A stretch of DNA of 63,612 nucleotides, counting the filler, from Octopus bimaculoides (Eukaryota), in assembly GCF_001194135.2 (NCBI RefSeq). It is 4 parts of 3 records of this genome, joined end to end, with 100 filler letters (N's around TTAATTAATTAA, not from the genome) between each part and the next. Parts side by side here need not be neighbours in the genome. Positions count along the whole stretch, not along the records: positions 60,989 to 63,612 come from NC_068982.1; 3 more parts are not named here. One strand, 5' to 3'. Every line of letters starts with the position of its first letter. Position 1 is the first letter of the stretch. Below, in pieces: positions 63,270 to 63,612 of the stretch. The translations under genes were made by a program, and so were the position numbers. The notes below the pieces were generated by a model, which saw only the letters and a list, made by a program, of their open reading frames with translations, was not told the origin of the DNA and searched no databases.

Positions 63270-63530
63270 ATGTGTCCACTTAGTGGAGCATGTCTAGTAC
63301 TGGGGTCCCGTATTTGTTGTCGGTGAATGGTCAGTTTGTTTCTTAGAGTAAGCTTTGTTTCACCTATGTAATCTCCACTAAGTCCTTAATATTTGATAGC
63401 GTATCTTAAATTCCTTGAAGAACATGTAGAGTGATTTTTTTCTAGATTTGAATTTGTATTCTGTGTCTTCAATATGGTTGATTCAGGTCATGCAGTTGGG
63501 ACGGCCATACTTTTTGACAGTTGGTCTATG
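63270..63530 (-). mobile_element. Penelope-like GIY-YIG endonuclease fragment
   Basis: PTVKKYGRPNCMT*..STCSSRNLRYAIKY*GLSGDYIGETKLTLRNKLTIHRQQIRDPSTRHAPLSGHI. Confidence 0.85.
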
Positions 63531-63612
63531 TTGGGCACATAGACATATGTCCAAAAAATATGCGCCCCCCCCCCCCCATTTCCAGGTCTTCCCACTCTAT
63601 ATATATATATAT

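Overview
AT-rich eukaryotic animal DNA with no confidently identifiable host protein-coding gene; it reads as intergenic DNA or one very large intron. The repeat families and microsatellite density resemble an octopus (cephalopod) short-read assembly, which is my recollection and not a database hit. Contents: many copies of several tRNA-derived SINE families; decayed non-LTR retrotransposons (R4/Dong-like RLE and RT fragments, a Tx1/L1-like ORF2, RTE/Bov-B-like pieces); Penelope-like element (PLE) RT and GIY-YIG fragments; Tc1 and DD37D/maT-like transposase fossils; several foldback/MITE-like inverted repeats; and many N gaps, most flanked by simple repeats. Three gaps contain an artificial TTAATTAATTAA filler. 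The most interesting signal is at least three distinct families of minimal type I hammerhead-ribozyme-like motifs with palindromic or near-palindromic stem III. They lie in short PLE-associated repeats, include unusual core variants (CUGUUGA, CCGACGA), and in one case two antisense copies form a 43-bp hairpin next to a PLE GIY-YIG fragment. Repeat boundaries were read by eye and are approximate (about +/-20 bp) unless base-level pairing is given.
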